A DNA stretch of 64,000 nucleotides from the NCBI RefSeq assembly GCF_009914755.1, contig NC_060932.1. One strand, given 5' to 3'. The stretch is from the human T2T-CHM13v2.0 reference genome, Homo sapiens. The position numbers and the translations under genes are program-made. Below are positions 15,753 through 29,085 of the stretch, one piece after another (position 1 is the stretch's first letter; each line of letters starts with the position of its first letter). The notes under the pieces are model-generated. The model did not search any database. It worked only from the letters and a program-made list of their open reading frames with translations, and was not told where the DNA came from.

Positions 15753-16130
15753 GGGATAAAGGAAGTGAAGATATATATATATACTGTTGAATAGCAAGAG
15801 TCTGATGGTCTGTCATACACAATGGAAAAAGTAACTCAAATTATTGCAGTTGTTCATCCAAAATGAGTCTCCTATTGAAGATAAGGATTTAGGAGATCCA
15901 TTGGCTACTAGAATAGAAATGGAAACTGAAATTGGCCTACACTTAACTCTGGAATGTTTTTTCAAAAGGATATATATGTATATATATCCTCATTAATCAA
16001 GCATGGTTATATAGATGTAGGTTCTGTAAAAGCTCAACATTAGCTTCCTGGGCCCAAAGATGACCTGGCTAATACAACTGCTAGAGCCCAAATTGCCAAA
16101 AGATGACACCAATATGAGTCTCCAGCATGG

Positions 16131-16260
16131 AAGCTGAAAATATAATTTTTCTCTTCATCTGGATACTTTTGAGAGGACCGGGATAACTCTTAATAGTTAT
16201 ACCAGGAGAACAAATATAAACTGAAACTCTTCCATGAAAAGTTTCGGTCGCGTGGCACTG
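16131..16260. mobile_element. MER94-like hAT-Blackjack MITE
   Basis: atataattt...ggatacttttgagag...ttaatagttataccaggagaacaaatataaactg matches remembered MER94; interrupts the ERVL integrase. Confidence 0.55.
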
Positions 16261-16900
16261 AAACCAACATCAATTTTAAATTGAATTAAATTGGGCCCAA
16301 TATATTCTAGAGGGAAGAGCAGTTTCCTCCCCTGAAGTGGAAACTTTTTCTGGATATGGGTTTACACTCAGTGTCCACCAAGCTTCTAGCAGCACCATCG
16401 TGGACGTCCTGAATGCTTGTTCATCACCACAGTGTTCCACACATCACCACTTCTGTCCTACAGACTTAACAGTAAAAGAGATGACGCTGTGGCCACCAAA
16501 TACCATGCTCTTTTATGTATTCAGACCTTACAGAACAATAAAATGGAAGATTCAAGACCACTTATGTCACCAGGTGGGAGGTGGTGCCTTCTAAGATTAG
16601 GGTTCCACCCTGCAACTTTCTCTGAAACAGTGATTAATACATTCTGTAGTTTCTCTCATACTCAAGAGTATTAGAGTTCTGGATGAGAAGGGTAGAGGCG
16701 AAGTGGCATCTGCTACTATTATATTTAATGATCACCACACAAAATTTTTCTTTCTGTATCCATGAACTTGGTTTACACTGGTTTAGTGATTTTAGTATCT
16801 AAGAGCAGAGTGTCTCCACCGGGGGAACTGCAATGCTTCCACAGAAATAAAAATTTACCATTTGGAATTCTGATACCCTGAACCAACTAATAAAAAAGTG

Positions 16901-17241
<341 letters not shown>

Positions 17242-17424
17242 TTATAAAATACAGGTGCATATGACTGCAACTATGCAATGTGCTTAGAGAGGGATATATA
17301 GAGATCCCAGCGAGTCCTCTGGGATTCAAACTAGTACTGCCATTTTTGGTAGTAAAAGTTAATGAAAAACAAGGGTAACCCCATCAGTGAAGGCTTAGGA
17401 CCCCTTAAAAATGAGAGCTTAGTA

Positions 17425-17629
17425 GGCCGGGCCCGGTGGCTCATGCCTGTACTCCCAGCACTTTAGGAGGCCTAGGCGGGCGGATCACCTGAGATTGGGA
17501 GTTCAAGACCAGCCTGACCAACATGGAGAAACCCCGTCTCTACTAAAAAATGCGAAATTAGCCGGGCATGGTAGCACATGCCTGTAATCCCAGCTACTCA
17601 GGAGTTGCTAAGGCAGGAGAATCGCTTGA
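17425..17629 (+). mobile_element. AluSp, 3'-truncated, no A-tail, intact TSD
   Basis: ctgaccaacatggagaaacc (Sp); ends at cgcttgaa; TSD aaaaatgag(a/g)gcttagta at 17407-17424 and 17630-17647. Confidence 0.9.
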
Positions 17630-18059
17630 AAAAATGAGGGCTTAGTAGCCCACCAGGTAAAAAATGCTGACCTGTTAACTTTCTAGTTGAGGGTAAAGGA
17701 TACGTGGAATGGAGAGTGGAGGAAGGAAGTGTTAACTGTGGCCACATGAAGCAAAGATAGCACTAACAGTCCCTTGGTCTTCTTGTTCTGTATGTATTTA
17801 TTACTGTCAAACAAGATGCTCCTCTTCTCTCTCTTTTGCTACTATTTTACATAGAGTATATTGATGGTTACTCCTTTTAAAATTATTTTTTAAGTGACAT
17901 GATGTTAATTTGCAAATTAGAATTAACAAAAAAGTAACAAACATCCCTTAAAAAAAAAACACAAAGACTCCTAGTACTTTGGGGAGGAGGTCATGTTTTC
18001 CTTATAAAAACAAAATTTGGATTGTGTTAGGTGGAGTGATAAAGTTGATGCTATTAGTA

Positions 18060-19680
18060 GCTTTATTTTTCATTGTGGTAAAATAGGCATACCTTTTTTT
18101 TTTTTTTTTTTTTTTTTTGAGACCGAGTCTCGCTCTGTCGCCAGGCTGGGTGCAGTGGTGTGATCTTGGCTCACTGCAACCTCCGCCTCCTGGGTTCAAG
18201 CGATTATCCCGCCTCAGCCTCTCGAGCAGCTAGAACCACAGGCGCATGCCGCCACACCCAGCTAATTTTGTATTTTTAGTAGAGATGGCTTTTCACCATA
18301 TTGACCAGGATGGTCTGGATATCTTGACCTCATGATCCACCTGCCTCGGCCTCCTAAAGTGTTGGGATTAGGTGAGCCACCATGACCTGCCAGGCATAAC
18401 ATTTTTTAACCATTTATAAATGTGCAATTTGGTGGCACTGAACACATTCACAATGTTGTATAATCATCATTGGTATCTGTACTCAAAACAACTTCATCAT
18501 CCTCAACATAAACCGTGTACCCACTAAACAATAACTTTGCATTCCTCCTCCCGCCTGGCCTCTGGTTCCCTCTATTCTACTTTCTGTCTCTATGGCTTTG
18601 CCTATTATGGGTACTTCACGTAAGTGAAATAATACAGCAGTTTGCCCTTCTGTTTCTGCCTTACACCACTTAGCATAATATTTTTAAGTTCCATACATGT
18701 TGTAGCACATAAAATTGCTTTCCATTTTATGGCTGAATATGAGTGCATTATATGTGTACACCACACTGTGTTCATCTGCTGATGGACACTTGGGTTGTCC
18801 CACTGATTTTCAGCTATTGTAAATAATGCTGCTATGAACATTGTAAATATTTTTGTGAGTTCTTGCTTTCAATTATTATGGATATATACATAGGAGTGGA
18901 AATGCTGGGTTCTATATTTGACTTTTTAAGGAATAATTAAAGTATGCAACACAGATGCTGCGCTATTCTACATAGTGCAGAAATCCGTGAAACTTCCAAT
19001 TTCTCCCCATCCTTAGCAATGCCTGCTATTTTCCATTTAGTTATTCTTATCATTATTATTATCCCAGTAGGTGTGAAGTGGCATTTTATTGTGGTTTTGA
19101 TTTGTAACTCCATATTGACTAGTGATGTTGAGCCTGACCCCCGTGCTTATTTGTCATTTGTATATTCCATGTGTTAATGAATCATTTGCTTATCTTCTAT
19201 GGAGAAATGTCTATTCAAATCCTTTGCCCATTTTTTAATTGGGCTATTTGTTCTATGGTTAAGTTTTTAAATTCTTTGTATTTTGGATATTAACCCATTC
19301 ACAAATACTGATTTGCAAATATTTTCTCTCATTCCATGTATTGGCTTTTCACTTTCTTAATAGTGTCCTCCAATACACAAAGTACTTAATTTTGACAACG
19401 TCCAATTTATCTATTTTTCTGTTGTTGTTAATAGTGCTTTTGGTGTCATATCCATGATATCATTGCCAACTCCAAAATCATGATATTCCTCTGCATTTTC
19501 ATCTAAGAGTTTCATATGAAAAGCTTTTATGTTTAGGACTTTGATTCACTTTGAGTTATTATTTGCATATGTTGCATGGTAATGGTCTAGTTTCATCCTT
19601 TTGCCTGTGAATATTCAATTTTCAAAGCACCATTTCTTGGAAAAAAAGTGTCATTTTGCTATTGACAGGTCTTGTAAAAT
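18060..19680 (-). mobile_element. L1MB 3' portion, interrupted by AluSc
   Basis: 3' end attgtggtaaaata...ttaaccattt...cacattcacaatgttgt; ORF 18605-18841 MFIAALFTIA. Confidence 0.85.
18094..18391 (-). mobile_element. AluSc-like
   Basis: T-tail, tgtcgccaggctg, tcttgacctcatgatc; TSD core aggcata at 18085-18091 and 18392-18398. Confidence 0.92.
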
Positions 19681-20835
19681 CAGCTTTATTAAGGTAAAAT
19701 TATATTAAAAAACCCTGCACATGTTTAGTGTATGTAATTTGATACATCTGGAGATAAAACAGAAAAACACCCATGATATCATCAACAGAATCAAGGCAAT
19801 AAATATATTTATCATCTCCAAAAATTTGCTTGCTTTTCTTTTATTTGTGGTAAGAATAATTAACATCCATACACCTAACAAATTTTTAAGTGCATAATAC
19901 TGTACTGTTAACCACACGCACTATGTTGTACACAATTTATCTTGCATACCAGAAAATGTATTCCCAGTGAGCAATAACTTTCTATTTCCCCCTCCTCCCA
20001 GTCCCTAGAATCCACCATTCTATTTCCTGCTTCTGTTAGTTTGATTATTTTAGATACCTCTTATTACCAGAATCACACAACAGTTGAACTTCCGTGACTA
20101 GCTTAGTTCACTTAGCTAATCCCCCAGATTCATCCATGTTGTCACCAATTTCATTGTATGTAAATCTTACATTTTCTTTACCTACTCATCCACTGATGGA
20201 CACTTAGATTAATTCCATATCTTGGATATCGTGAATAATGCTGCAATAAACATGAGATCGCAGATATCACTTTGACATCCTGATGTCAGTTTTTTTGATA
20301 TATGCACATAAATGGGATTTCTAGATGATATGATATTCTGTTTTTATTTATTTTTATATTGTTTTTAATAGCAGCTGCACAATTTTACATCTCCTTCAAC
20401 AGTACACAAGGGCTCTGATTTTTTCACAATCTCATGTGCACTTGATATTTTTTTTGTCTGTTTGTCTTATAGCCAGCTTAATGAGTGTGAGATGACATCT
20501 TATTGTGGTTTTGCTTTGCATTTCTATGATAATTAGTGATGTTGAGCATCTTTTTATATACCTAATGGCCATTTGTATGTCTTATTTGAAGAAATGTCTA
20601 CTAAAGGCAATAGTCCATTTTTAAATAGGGCTATTTGTTTTGTTTTTTTTTTTTTGATGGCTATTGAGTCACAAGAGTTTCTTACATATTTGGATATTAA
20701 CCCCTCCAGATAAATGGTTTGAAAATATTTTTTCTTATGTCATAGGTTGTCTTTTTACTTTGCTGAGTGTTTGCTTGGTTGTGCAGTAGCTTTTTAATTT
20801 GATGTTGTCTCACTTGTCTAGTTTTGCTTTTGCTA
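19681..20835 (-). mobile_element. L1MA9/10-like 3' portion
   Basis: cagctttattaagg...ctgcacatgtttagtgta...gtggtaagaata 3'UTR followed by ORF2 end. Confidence 0.8.
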
Positions 20836-20844
20836 ATGACACCA

Positions 20845-22206
20845 AAAACCAAATGAATCTAATGGGCATATTCGAAAGATTTTACCAAAGGGCAGCAGAA
20901 TACATATTCTCTTAAGTTCTCATGGAATGTTCTCCAGGAGAGATCACATGGTAGACCACAAAACAAGTTTTGACATATTTTAGAAGATTGGAATCATATC
21001 AAGTATCTTCTCTGGTCATAACAATATGAAACTAGAAATCGTAAGAGGAGGAAAATTTGAATATCCACAAATACATGAAAATTTAAAAATACATTCCTGA
21101 ATAATCAATGGGTCAAACAAGAAATCAAAAGGGAAATAAAAAAGTTATTGTAATGCAAACAAAGATGAAAACACAACATGCCAAAAGTTATGGGATGCAG
21201 CAAAAGTAATTATAAGAGGAAAGTTTACAGCAATAAATGTCTACATTAAAAAAGAAAATCTCAAAGAATTAGTTTAACATTATTCCTAAAGAAAGTAAAT
21301 AGGGAAGAACAAATAAAACCCCAAATTAGCTTAAGGGAGAAAATGTTAAAAATTAAAACAGTAATAAATCAAACAGAGGTGACAAAGACTATAGGGAGAA
21401 AAAAACAATAAAATTAATAGTTGACTTTTTTGAAAAAATAAAATTGAGAAATTCACAGCTAGTCTAAGAAAAAAGAAAGAAGATTCAAGTAAACCAAATC
21501 AAATAAATTATAACAGTTACCCCAAAATAAAAATAGTCATAAAGGAAAATTATAAGTAATTATATGCCCACAAATTGGATAACCCAGAGAATATGGATAA
21601 TTCCTATAAAAACATAACCTGCCAGGATTGAGTCAGGAGAATTATAAAGACTGATGAGATCAATAACAGACACAGGAATTAAAGAAGTTATCAGAAACCT
21701 TCCAACAACAACAAAAAAGCCCAGGACCAGATGGCTTCATGCCTAAATTCTACTAAACATTCAAATAAAAATTAATACTAATATTTTAAAATGCTTTCAA
21801 AAAGTACGGCTAGAAGAAATCCTTTCAAATACATCATATGAAACCAGAATCACCTTGATCTCTAAGCCAGAGAAGACCTCACAAGAAAAGACAACTACAG
21901 GCCAATTTCTCTGATGACCACTGATGCAAAAGCTCTTAATAAAATATTAGCAAACCAAATCCAATAACACATCAAAAAGATTATAAATCAAGACTAAGTG
22001 GAATTTATCTCTGACATGAAAGACTGGTTTAACATACACAAATTAATCAATGTGATACATCACATTACTTAAATGACAGATAAAAACTACAAGATCGTCT
22101 TAATTGGTGTGGAAAAAGCACTTGATAAAGTCCAGCATTCTTTCTTGATAAAAACACGTAACAGTTTAGATATAGAAGGACATTTCTTCAATATAATCAA
22201 GGACTA
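20845..22206 (+). mobile_element. L1M ORF2 EN-to-RT segment, probably the inverted 5' part of the adjacent L1MA
   Basis: gcagcagaatacatattc, agcccaggaccagatggcttca; ORF 22073 EKALDKVQHSFLIKT; opposite strand and abutting the L1MA9/10 piece. Confidence 0.8.
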
Positions 22207-22716
22207 TTTTAGTGGGAGAAAAGACATAAATTATTTAACCTGTGTGTATGGGAGGCTTCAGAATGAAGGCCCACGCCCTCAACAAGGTACAGAAGCTTAT
22301 GTACCATCTCAGAGATGCAGAAAGAATGCAGGTTTAAAGCATGGGCAAAAACAGATTATGTGGCTAAATCAGGTTTAGTGCAAGACAGATTATGACAGGG
22401 AGAAAGGAAGAGGCCTGGCTAGCAAAGGTGGCTTTGTTATGTAGATGAAGTCTCATAAGCAGCAGCCCTCAGAGAAAATTGATGGTAAGTGTTTCTTTCC
22501 AGGCTTTTAAAGGTGTCAAACTCTCAGTCTCTCTTAGATCCAGGAAAAGCCTAGAAAGGAAAGACCTGGGTGCATTAGTGGTGATTCTCTACAGATGCAT
22601 ATTTCCCCCACTAAAGACAAATTTGCAAGGCCACTTCTGTCTGCTGGCTCCATTGTAGCCATTTTAAAATATGTCAAAGAAATATATGTTGAGGTAAAAT
22701 ATTTTGATTTCCTTCA
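22207..22716 (-). mobile_element. ERV1 LTR49/MER65-like 3' LTR, U3-R only (U5 missing)
   Basis: Sense strand starts TGAAGGAAATCAAAATATTTT and ends ...TTAAATAATTTATGTCTTTTCTCCCACTAAAA; PPT-like CAAAGTAGGGAC directly upstream. Confidence 0.78.
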
Positions 22717-23641
22717 GTCCCTACTTTGAAACTTAAAAAAAAATTTCATATATTAAAAGCCCACGTGATAGCTTTGGAAAGATTTGGATTAGAGGTTGTT
22801 AGATAGAGGTAGACAAAGGAGTGAAAAGACAAATTGAAATAAACAGAAAAGAACAAATTTAAATATGTTGTTCTATATCTTCTTCTAGTCAGTCCTGAGA
22901 ATAGACCAGTTCAGTTAAACCACTGTCTCCCATTCCAGGAGGTGCCATTGCATGGGCTAGGCCCCTATATATGATGCAGGCGAACAAATCTTTAGTAAGA
23001 GGTTATTTCTAGAGAAACAAGAAAAACAAAGGTTAATGTGCAGAGCAGTCAGTCTATAGACTGTTTTTTCTAGTCTCTGAAGCATCTTCAGTTTGCAGTG
23101 GCAATATGACAGTTTTCTAGATTATAGTTCAAATCAGGCATTCAAATGAACTTTCTGGGGAGTCAGTACATCAACAGGCAGGCATGAAGGTTGTATATTT
23201 CTGTATATATGTTTCTGTTATTTCTCCTGAAGTTTTTGTCTACCTGCAGTTTGCAGGGCTTTAAGAAAACCAGTTTTAATTTCTAGTGATTCCAAACCAG
23301 AAAAATGGAAGAAACATTTGAAATCATTAGTTTGGAGACCTGTAGACAGGAAAGAATTCAGGATCCAATCTAAATTGTAGACAAATAGTAAAAACTCAAA
23401 AATAATGAACAATGCTAGAATCTAATAGCAGGTATACTATAGTTTCTTTTGAAACATAATTTTTCTCTCTCCAGTCCCCCATTTTTACCAACAACAAATC
23501 ATAGTAGGACTAATTGATTTGGAAAATCAATTTTAGTCTTATTATATTTGGCCTGATTATTTGCATAAAGTGCAGAAAGAATAATTATTGGCCACATAGA
23601 CTCTTTTATGTTGCTTTTGCAAGAACATTTTCATGAGGAAT
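22717..23641 (-). mobile_element. MER4-group ERV1 internal region, 3' segment
   Basis: tttggcctgattatttgcataaagtgcag, gaaacataatttttctctctccagt are antisense MER4-group internal motifs. Confidence 0.72.
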
Positions 23642-23644
23642 TGC

Positions 23645-25119
23645 TTTTAGTTCATGTGATGTTAGTAATCTTTAATAAATAAAATTAGTTTCAAAATTAT
23701 CTTCAGTAACTTAAAATCTAAATGTTATATTAAATTAAGTAATCCTAAGTTTATCACTGGAACCAGGGTTACTAAGAGTTAGAATAGTCATTATTTATGT
23801 AATTAAAACTATTAGATATGAAAGAAGCAATTCTATATGCAAAGGCTATTTTTAAAAGTAAGATTTATCTTTGGTAAAAAGTTTAGAAGAAGACATAGAA
23901 ATGTAGTTTTTATTGAAAGAGAAAATAAGTTTGCCTAGTTTAGAGGTTTTTTAGGATTGTTTGAAATTGAAGGACTACAAAGAAGGATGGATATAAACTA
24001 AATAGATATAAAAAGTTGGGGAAAAGAATGGGACAATTATAAAAGTTTATGGAAGATTTATAGAAATCTCACCAGATGGATTTGTTTATAAAATTTCATT
24101 AAAATTAGCTTTAGTGTTAATATACTATGCAAAGGTAAAATTTGATTTTCTCTTTCAAACAAGATTTTTGTGTAGTATTAAGAGATAGTAAAGAATTTTT
24201 GTTTACCTTTTGAGTAAACTGCAAAAAAAAAAAAAAGAAAGAAAAGAGGAATGAGACAGACAGATCCAGTTTGGCCTATGCTATCTTTATTGGGTCTTAT
24301 TATTGGGAAACTGTCTCCTTGATATCAAAGGGTAAAGGTTCTATGCTTTATAAAATCTTTGGATTTCCACTTTGGCTAAACAAGTGACTTATTTTACAGT
24401 GACTTGTGATTCTGTAATACTTTATAATATCAAGTGTTTTAAACCTTTGATATTTCACAAACTTTCCAAATTCTAAGTTTAGTCTTTTGACCTCAAACTA
24501 AGTTTTGTATATTAGGGCCCCTGAAGTCCAAGGCAGACATATTTGACTTATTTGATATGTGAAAATCATACAGGAAGCATTGTCAAACATGAAATTGTTT
24601 TTAACATTCTTTGGGTTATATTTATATAAATGTGTTAATAATATGTGTTCCAAAGTTGTATGAGACTCCTATAATTCTGATATGTCTTAGCATATGCTAT
24701 CAGCAATAATAATTATTATGTTCAACTGTTGTGTGCCACAGAAATAGCCAAATTTCCTTGTTAATTTTGTCTTTGGCCTTTTTAAATTTTGTCTTGGACT
24801 TTTTCAACCACAGACAGTTATTGTTTTCTTTCTTTCTTCTCAAAAAGCAGTTTGTGGTTAGCTACAGTCCAATTCTTGCTTCTTTGGTGGAGTTCATGGA
24901 AAGGACCCTGACAGATTCTCCTGAATGCAGGATTCTGATAACTTTAGAGTTTGTGCCATTTGACTACACAAGAAACTTCCAGGACTCTCATTGGAGAGTT
25001 GATGTGTTCATGAGGATTGCGGATCCAGTATTGGACAGAGCAGTAGTTAATTGCATGGGATCGAACTAATAGAAAACTAAAGTAATTGTTTGGACTTTTT
25101 TGCATAATACATTACTGCT
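23645..25119 (+). mobile_element. MER4-group ERV1 internal region, upstream segment in inverted orientation
   Basis: aaatcatacaggaagcattgtcaaa, ctcctataattctgatatg, gaatgcaggattctgataacttt are sense-orientation motifs of the same internal family. Confidence 0.72.
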
Positions 25120-25724
25120 GGCATGTGAGGTGGCTTTACAAATTCTGCCATATGCACTGCTGCTTTTAAATGTCCTAATGTTTGGCCTGGGTGCCAAAAA
25201 AGATAAAGAAATAAAACAGGTGCCGTTCATGTAAATCCCATGGAAACTTCCAGAATCTGGAGATGAAGCAATGACAGCCAGGTTCTCTGTCCTAACCTCA
25301 GCAAGCAACAGCAGCCATCAGCAGTCAGAACACAAAACTCCAACATTTAGAGGACAAGGTCCTGAATTCTCACCCTGGCTCTAGCAAGCTGCACCAGAAA
25401 GATAGGCCCACTTGCCTGCCAGAGGGCTGTGAGGTAGAGAATGTGTAGTCACTGCAGTTGACCAAAACTAACCACAATTTCCCAGCCAAGCCTTCCTCTG
25501 GAAGCTGAAAGCATTAAAATATACTCCAGAGGTTCAATCGCTACTTCAGACAGTTTCTGTTCAGTATAATTGTATTCAAGGTAGAAAGACGGATTCATAG
25601 TGTCTCCTCCTCTGCCATCTTCCCTGACATTACTCCTTACTTGGGTTTTAAGTGCAGCTAGAATGATCTTTGTGCAGATCTAATGAATCTTTATTCATTA
25701 GAATGCCAAATCGCCAAACTGGAC

Positions 25725-26620
25725 TTGGGAATATGGTTGATTGGCACTTATGTCCTTGTAGTGCACCCTCTGCTGCAGAATCTGAAAGCTAAATTTTTTT
25801 ACAACTCCTTGGCAGCTCATATTCTGGATCCACCAATTAGCTGCATTTCATTTGAGACTTAGAAGGGGAAATTGAGGCAAGTGCTATACAGGCATATGTT
25901 GTTTTACTGTGTTCCACTTTATTGTGATTCACAGATATTGTGGTTTTTACACATCAAAGGTTTATGTCAACTCAGTATCATGCATGTCTATTAGCACCGT
26001 TTTTTTCAACAGCATGTGCCCAATTTGTTAGCATTTCTTAGCAATAAAGCATTTTTTAAATTAAGTTCTATATATTGTCTTTTTAGGAATAATGTTATTG
26101 CACACAATACAGTATAGCACAAGCATAACTTAATATGCACTGTGAAAACAAAACATTCAAATGATTCACTTTATTGTGGTGGTCTGAAACCAACCCCACA
26201 ATATCTTCAAGGAATGCCTGTGTTGTATCTGTTCTTAACATCTTTGGTTATCAACAAGGTTATGTCATATTGTTTTCCTGTGGTGTTGTATCTAGTTTCC
26301 TGGGTAGTAAATTTGGAGTCTCAGGTTCCTGCCACCTGCAGCTATGTTAGTGTTGGTAGCTATGACAGCTTCTTGGATCACAGGTTGTGCAGTGGATTTG
26401 CATTGTGTAGGTCTTGAGAACCCCTACTCCAGGCTGCAGAAGTGTCAGTTGTCTGAGATTCTGACAGTCTCCCAAGAGGTCCTGAGTAAAGTTCCCTCTT
26501 TCAGTCCTTCTGGAGATCTTAAAAAGCACCTTATTCTCTGATTAAATACCCTCCCGATAACATGCTCCCATGGGATCTGTTTCCTGCAATGATTCTGATT
26601 GTCACTTGTGTGATAGATGA
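25725..26620 (+). mobile_element. LTR33-like ERVL LTR interrupted by a Tigger1 derivative
   Basis: ctgaaagctaaa...ctccttggcagct...caattag...tttgagacttagaagg, similar to 14740-14840. Confidence 0.55.
25889..26220 (+). mobile_element. Internally deleted Tigger1 (332 bp, both termini)
   Basis: TA|caggcata ... aatgcctg ends; both halves match the ends of the long Tigger1 at 54756-57024. Confidence 0.85.
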
Positions 26621-27959
26621 AACAATTAGGTTGCATTACAACCTGTAGGAAGAGCACAGAGGAAGAAGTGATGGAGTCCAATGAAACTTCTTCATCCTAA
26701 GTAAAGTATTAATCAAATTTTACGTGGATCAGATAAAATACTAATATTGAGCTCCACTTCCAGATATTTTATCTCCATATGGTGATTTGAGCTCATGTAT
26801 TTCCCTTTTTACCCAGCTTGATTAGAAACTCTAAGAGGAGAACTGCACATTGTATGCAGGAAAATTGATCCCATGACCTGTTTTTAGAAGAATATATTCT
26901 AACTTCATAGGAATAGAAAAAATGAGTTACTTGAACTCATATTGCTCTTCCCTAAGTGTTAAGTAATTATTCCATTTTATTGATAATTTATCTATGCCAT
27001 TCCAGGAAGCATAGCACTATATGTCTCTGACAATTTCATCTATTACATCCTTAGAATAGTACCTGGTATTCTAATGTCATTGACCAATAATGTTAATTAA
27101 TGTTATTACTATCACTATACATAGTTCACCTAATTTGATATTACAAAGCCCATGATTTCTGCCCAATGGGCATGGTGTAGAAATTATGTATTTTAAGTTG
27201 CTGTGTGTTACTCTGGTAACCTAATCAAGTTGAATGGTTGATTATAGTTTCATGAATTTACCATCTGCTGTTATTTGATCCAGGTTATGTTCCATTCTAT
27301 CCCCAATGTCCTCTCCAAATTTTTCTGTGTTGAATTAAAAATGACTTTGATCCTAGGATTCATTGATCATTTCCATTATACAGAGACTGTGTGTTTATAG
27401 TAGCATTTGAACCAAATAATATTTTGGGGGGATAGATTCTTTTATATTTCCTTTTTTTTCTGCACTTGATCCTCACAGAAATTCTGTAATATAGATCAGT
27501 TATTTATTGTTATCTCTATTTTAGCAATGAAGATGATAAAGTGTATACCGATGAAACAATTTGTAGAATGTCACACAATTGAATATGAAAGAGCCAGACC
27601 ATGGCCCACACCTCCTGAGTCTTGGTCTAGTACTTTCTGATATAACCACATGGCTCCCTGGGAGTCCCTGGCTTGCTAACTCTCCTGGACTCCCAAAGAG
27701 TCCAAAAGAGACTGGATGCCCAAAGAGACTGGTAGGATGTGTAGGTTTGAATCCACCATGCCACTGATCAATGCCTTTCCTGCTGGCACTGAAAGGCAAT
27801 GAGCTGCTATGTGCCAGTGTGCCAAGTTCTGGGGTAGGGTGTGGGGAGAAAGAAGAAAACACAAAAGCAGAAAATAATAGAACAAATGTGGTATAAGTTG
27901 AAGAGAGTCATTTTCTTCACCTAAAACTGAGCATTCTTTATGTGACAAAGAAAGATGGT

Positions 27960-28085
27960 TATATATACATATTTTACAAATAAATATATATTTAAATGTA
28001 TGTACACATATATGTACACACATATATATGTACATTCACACACACACACACACACACATATAATATATGTTATATGTTATATGAT
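27960..28085. repeat. (TA)/(CA) microsatellite and low-complexity tract
   Basis: (CA)n at ~28037-28058 within TA-rich sequence. Confidence 0.9.
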
Positions 28086-28603
28086 GTGTAACACCTACAA
28101 GGTTTGGGGTATTTTGGGCTAAAGACTATCTTGAAAATCATTGTGAAGTGGCTTTTTCCCCAATACCCCATATTTATTCAAAATGAAGGCACTGATAGAT
28201 CAAGAATCCATCAGTTAGAGTCTTTTCTCAGCACAGCTCTAATGTAATCTGGACTTTCAAAATTCCTCCCTACCTCCTCTTTGAGTGATTTGTACCCTCA
28301 GTATTACAATATTTGGTTCAATTAATTCAGTTTAATCAATGCCTATTGAAAGTTTATCATAACTTACAAAGGGCTGATACACATTATAGACTAATTGTTT
28401 GTAATATAGATAATGAAATATACATATATAATTTCATATATCCTTCACTATATGCGTGTCTGCATATATATGAGATACATATAATATATATATAAATGAA
28501 TGTTTCTTTTTGTCATTTTATAAAATTTTTTAGTTTAAAATTTCTATAGAAAAGTTGTTTTGTTTATGTTTTACAGTGCTATTTATGTGGTCTCAATATA
28601 GGC

Positions 28604-29085
28604 TTTTTATTTATTTGTTTTTATTATTCATTGTCAAATTATAGTTGTATGTATTTATGGGGCACAAAGTGATGTTATGATTTTGGAATACAATGTGAAT
28701 TGAAAAATCAAGCTAATTGATCTATCGATAACCTCAAATATTAGATTTTTTCATGATGAGACCATTTGAGATTTACTCAGTGATATTGCAGTGTAGAGTA
28801 CTAAATTGTTAGCTATATTCACCACATTGTGCAGTAGATCTAAAAAAAAATCAACCTTATTCCTTCTATCTAACTGAGGCTTTGTACCCTTTGATTATCA
28901 TCTCCTCATTTCTTCCACTCCCCAGGTTTTAGATTCTACATATAAGTGAAAACACACAGCATATTTTTCGGTGTTTGGCTTATTTCACTTAACATAAAGT
29001 CATCCAGTTTCATCCATGTTGTCACAAATGACAGACTTTTTCCCTTTCTTAAGGCTGAATGGTATTTCACATTGCGTATATATAC
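28604..29085 (-). mobile_element. L1MA (MA6-8-like) 3'UTR fragment
   Basis: gttgtatgtatttatggggcacaaagtgatg...tcaagctaattga...ggcttatttcacttaacata. Confidence 0.8.

Noticed and set aside
16337-16594. Domesticated integrase gene
   Set aside because: Frameshifted, degenerate ERVL relic interrupted by other repeats
25092-25101. ggactttttt as TSD partner of ggactatttt (22201-22210) for the ERV retrocopy
   Set aside because: ERV-like sequence appears to continue ~18 nt beyond it and the host L1 does not resume, so it is not a credible TSD
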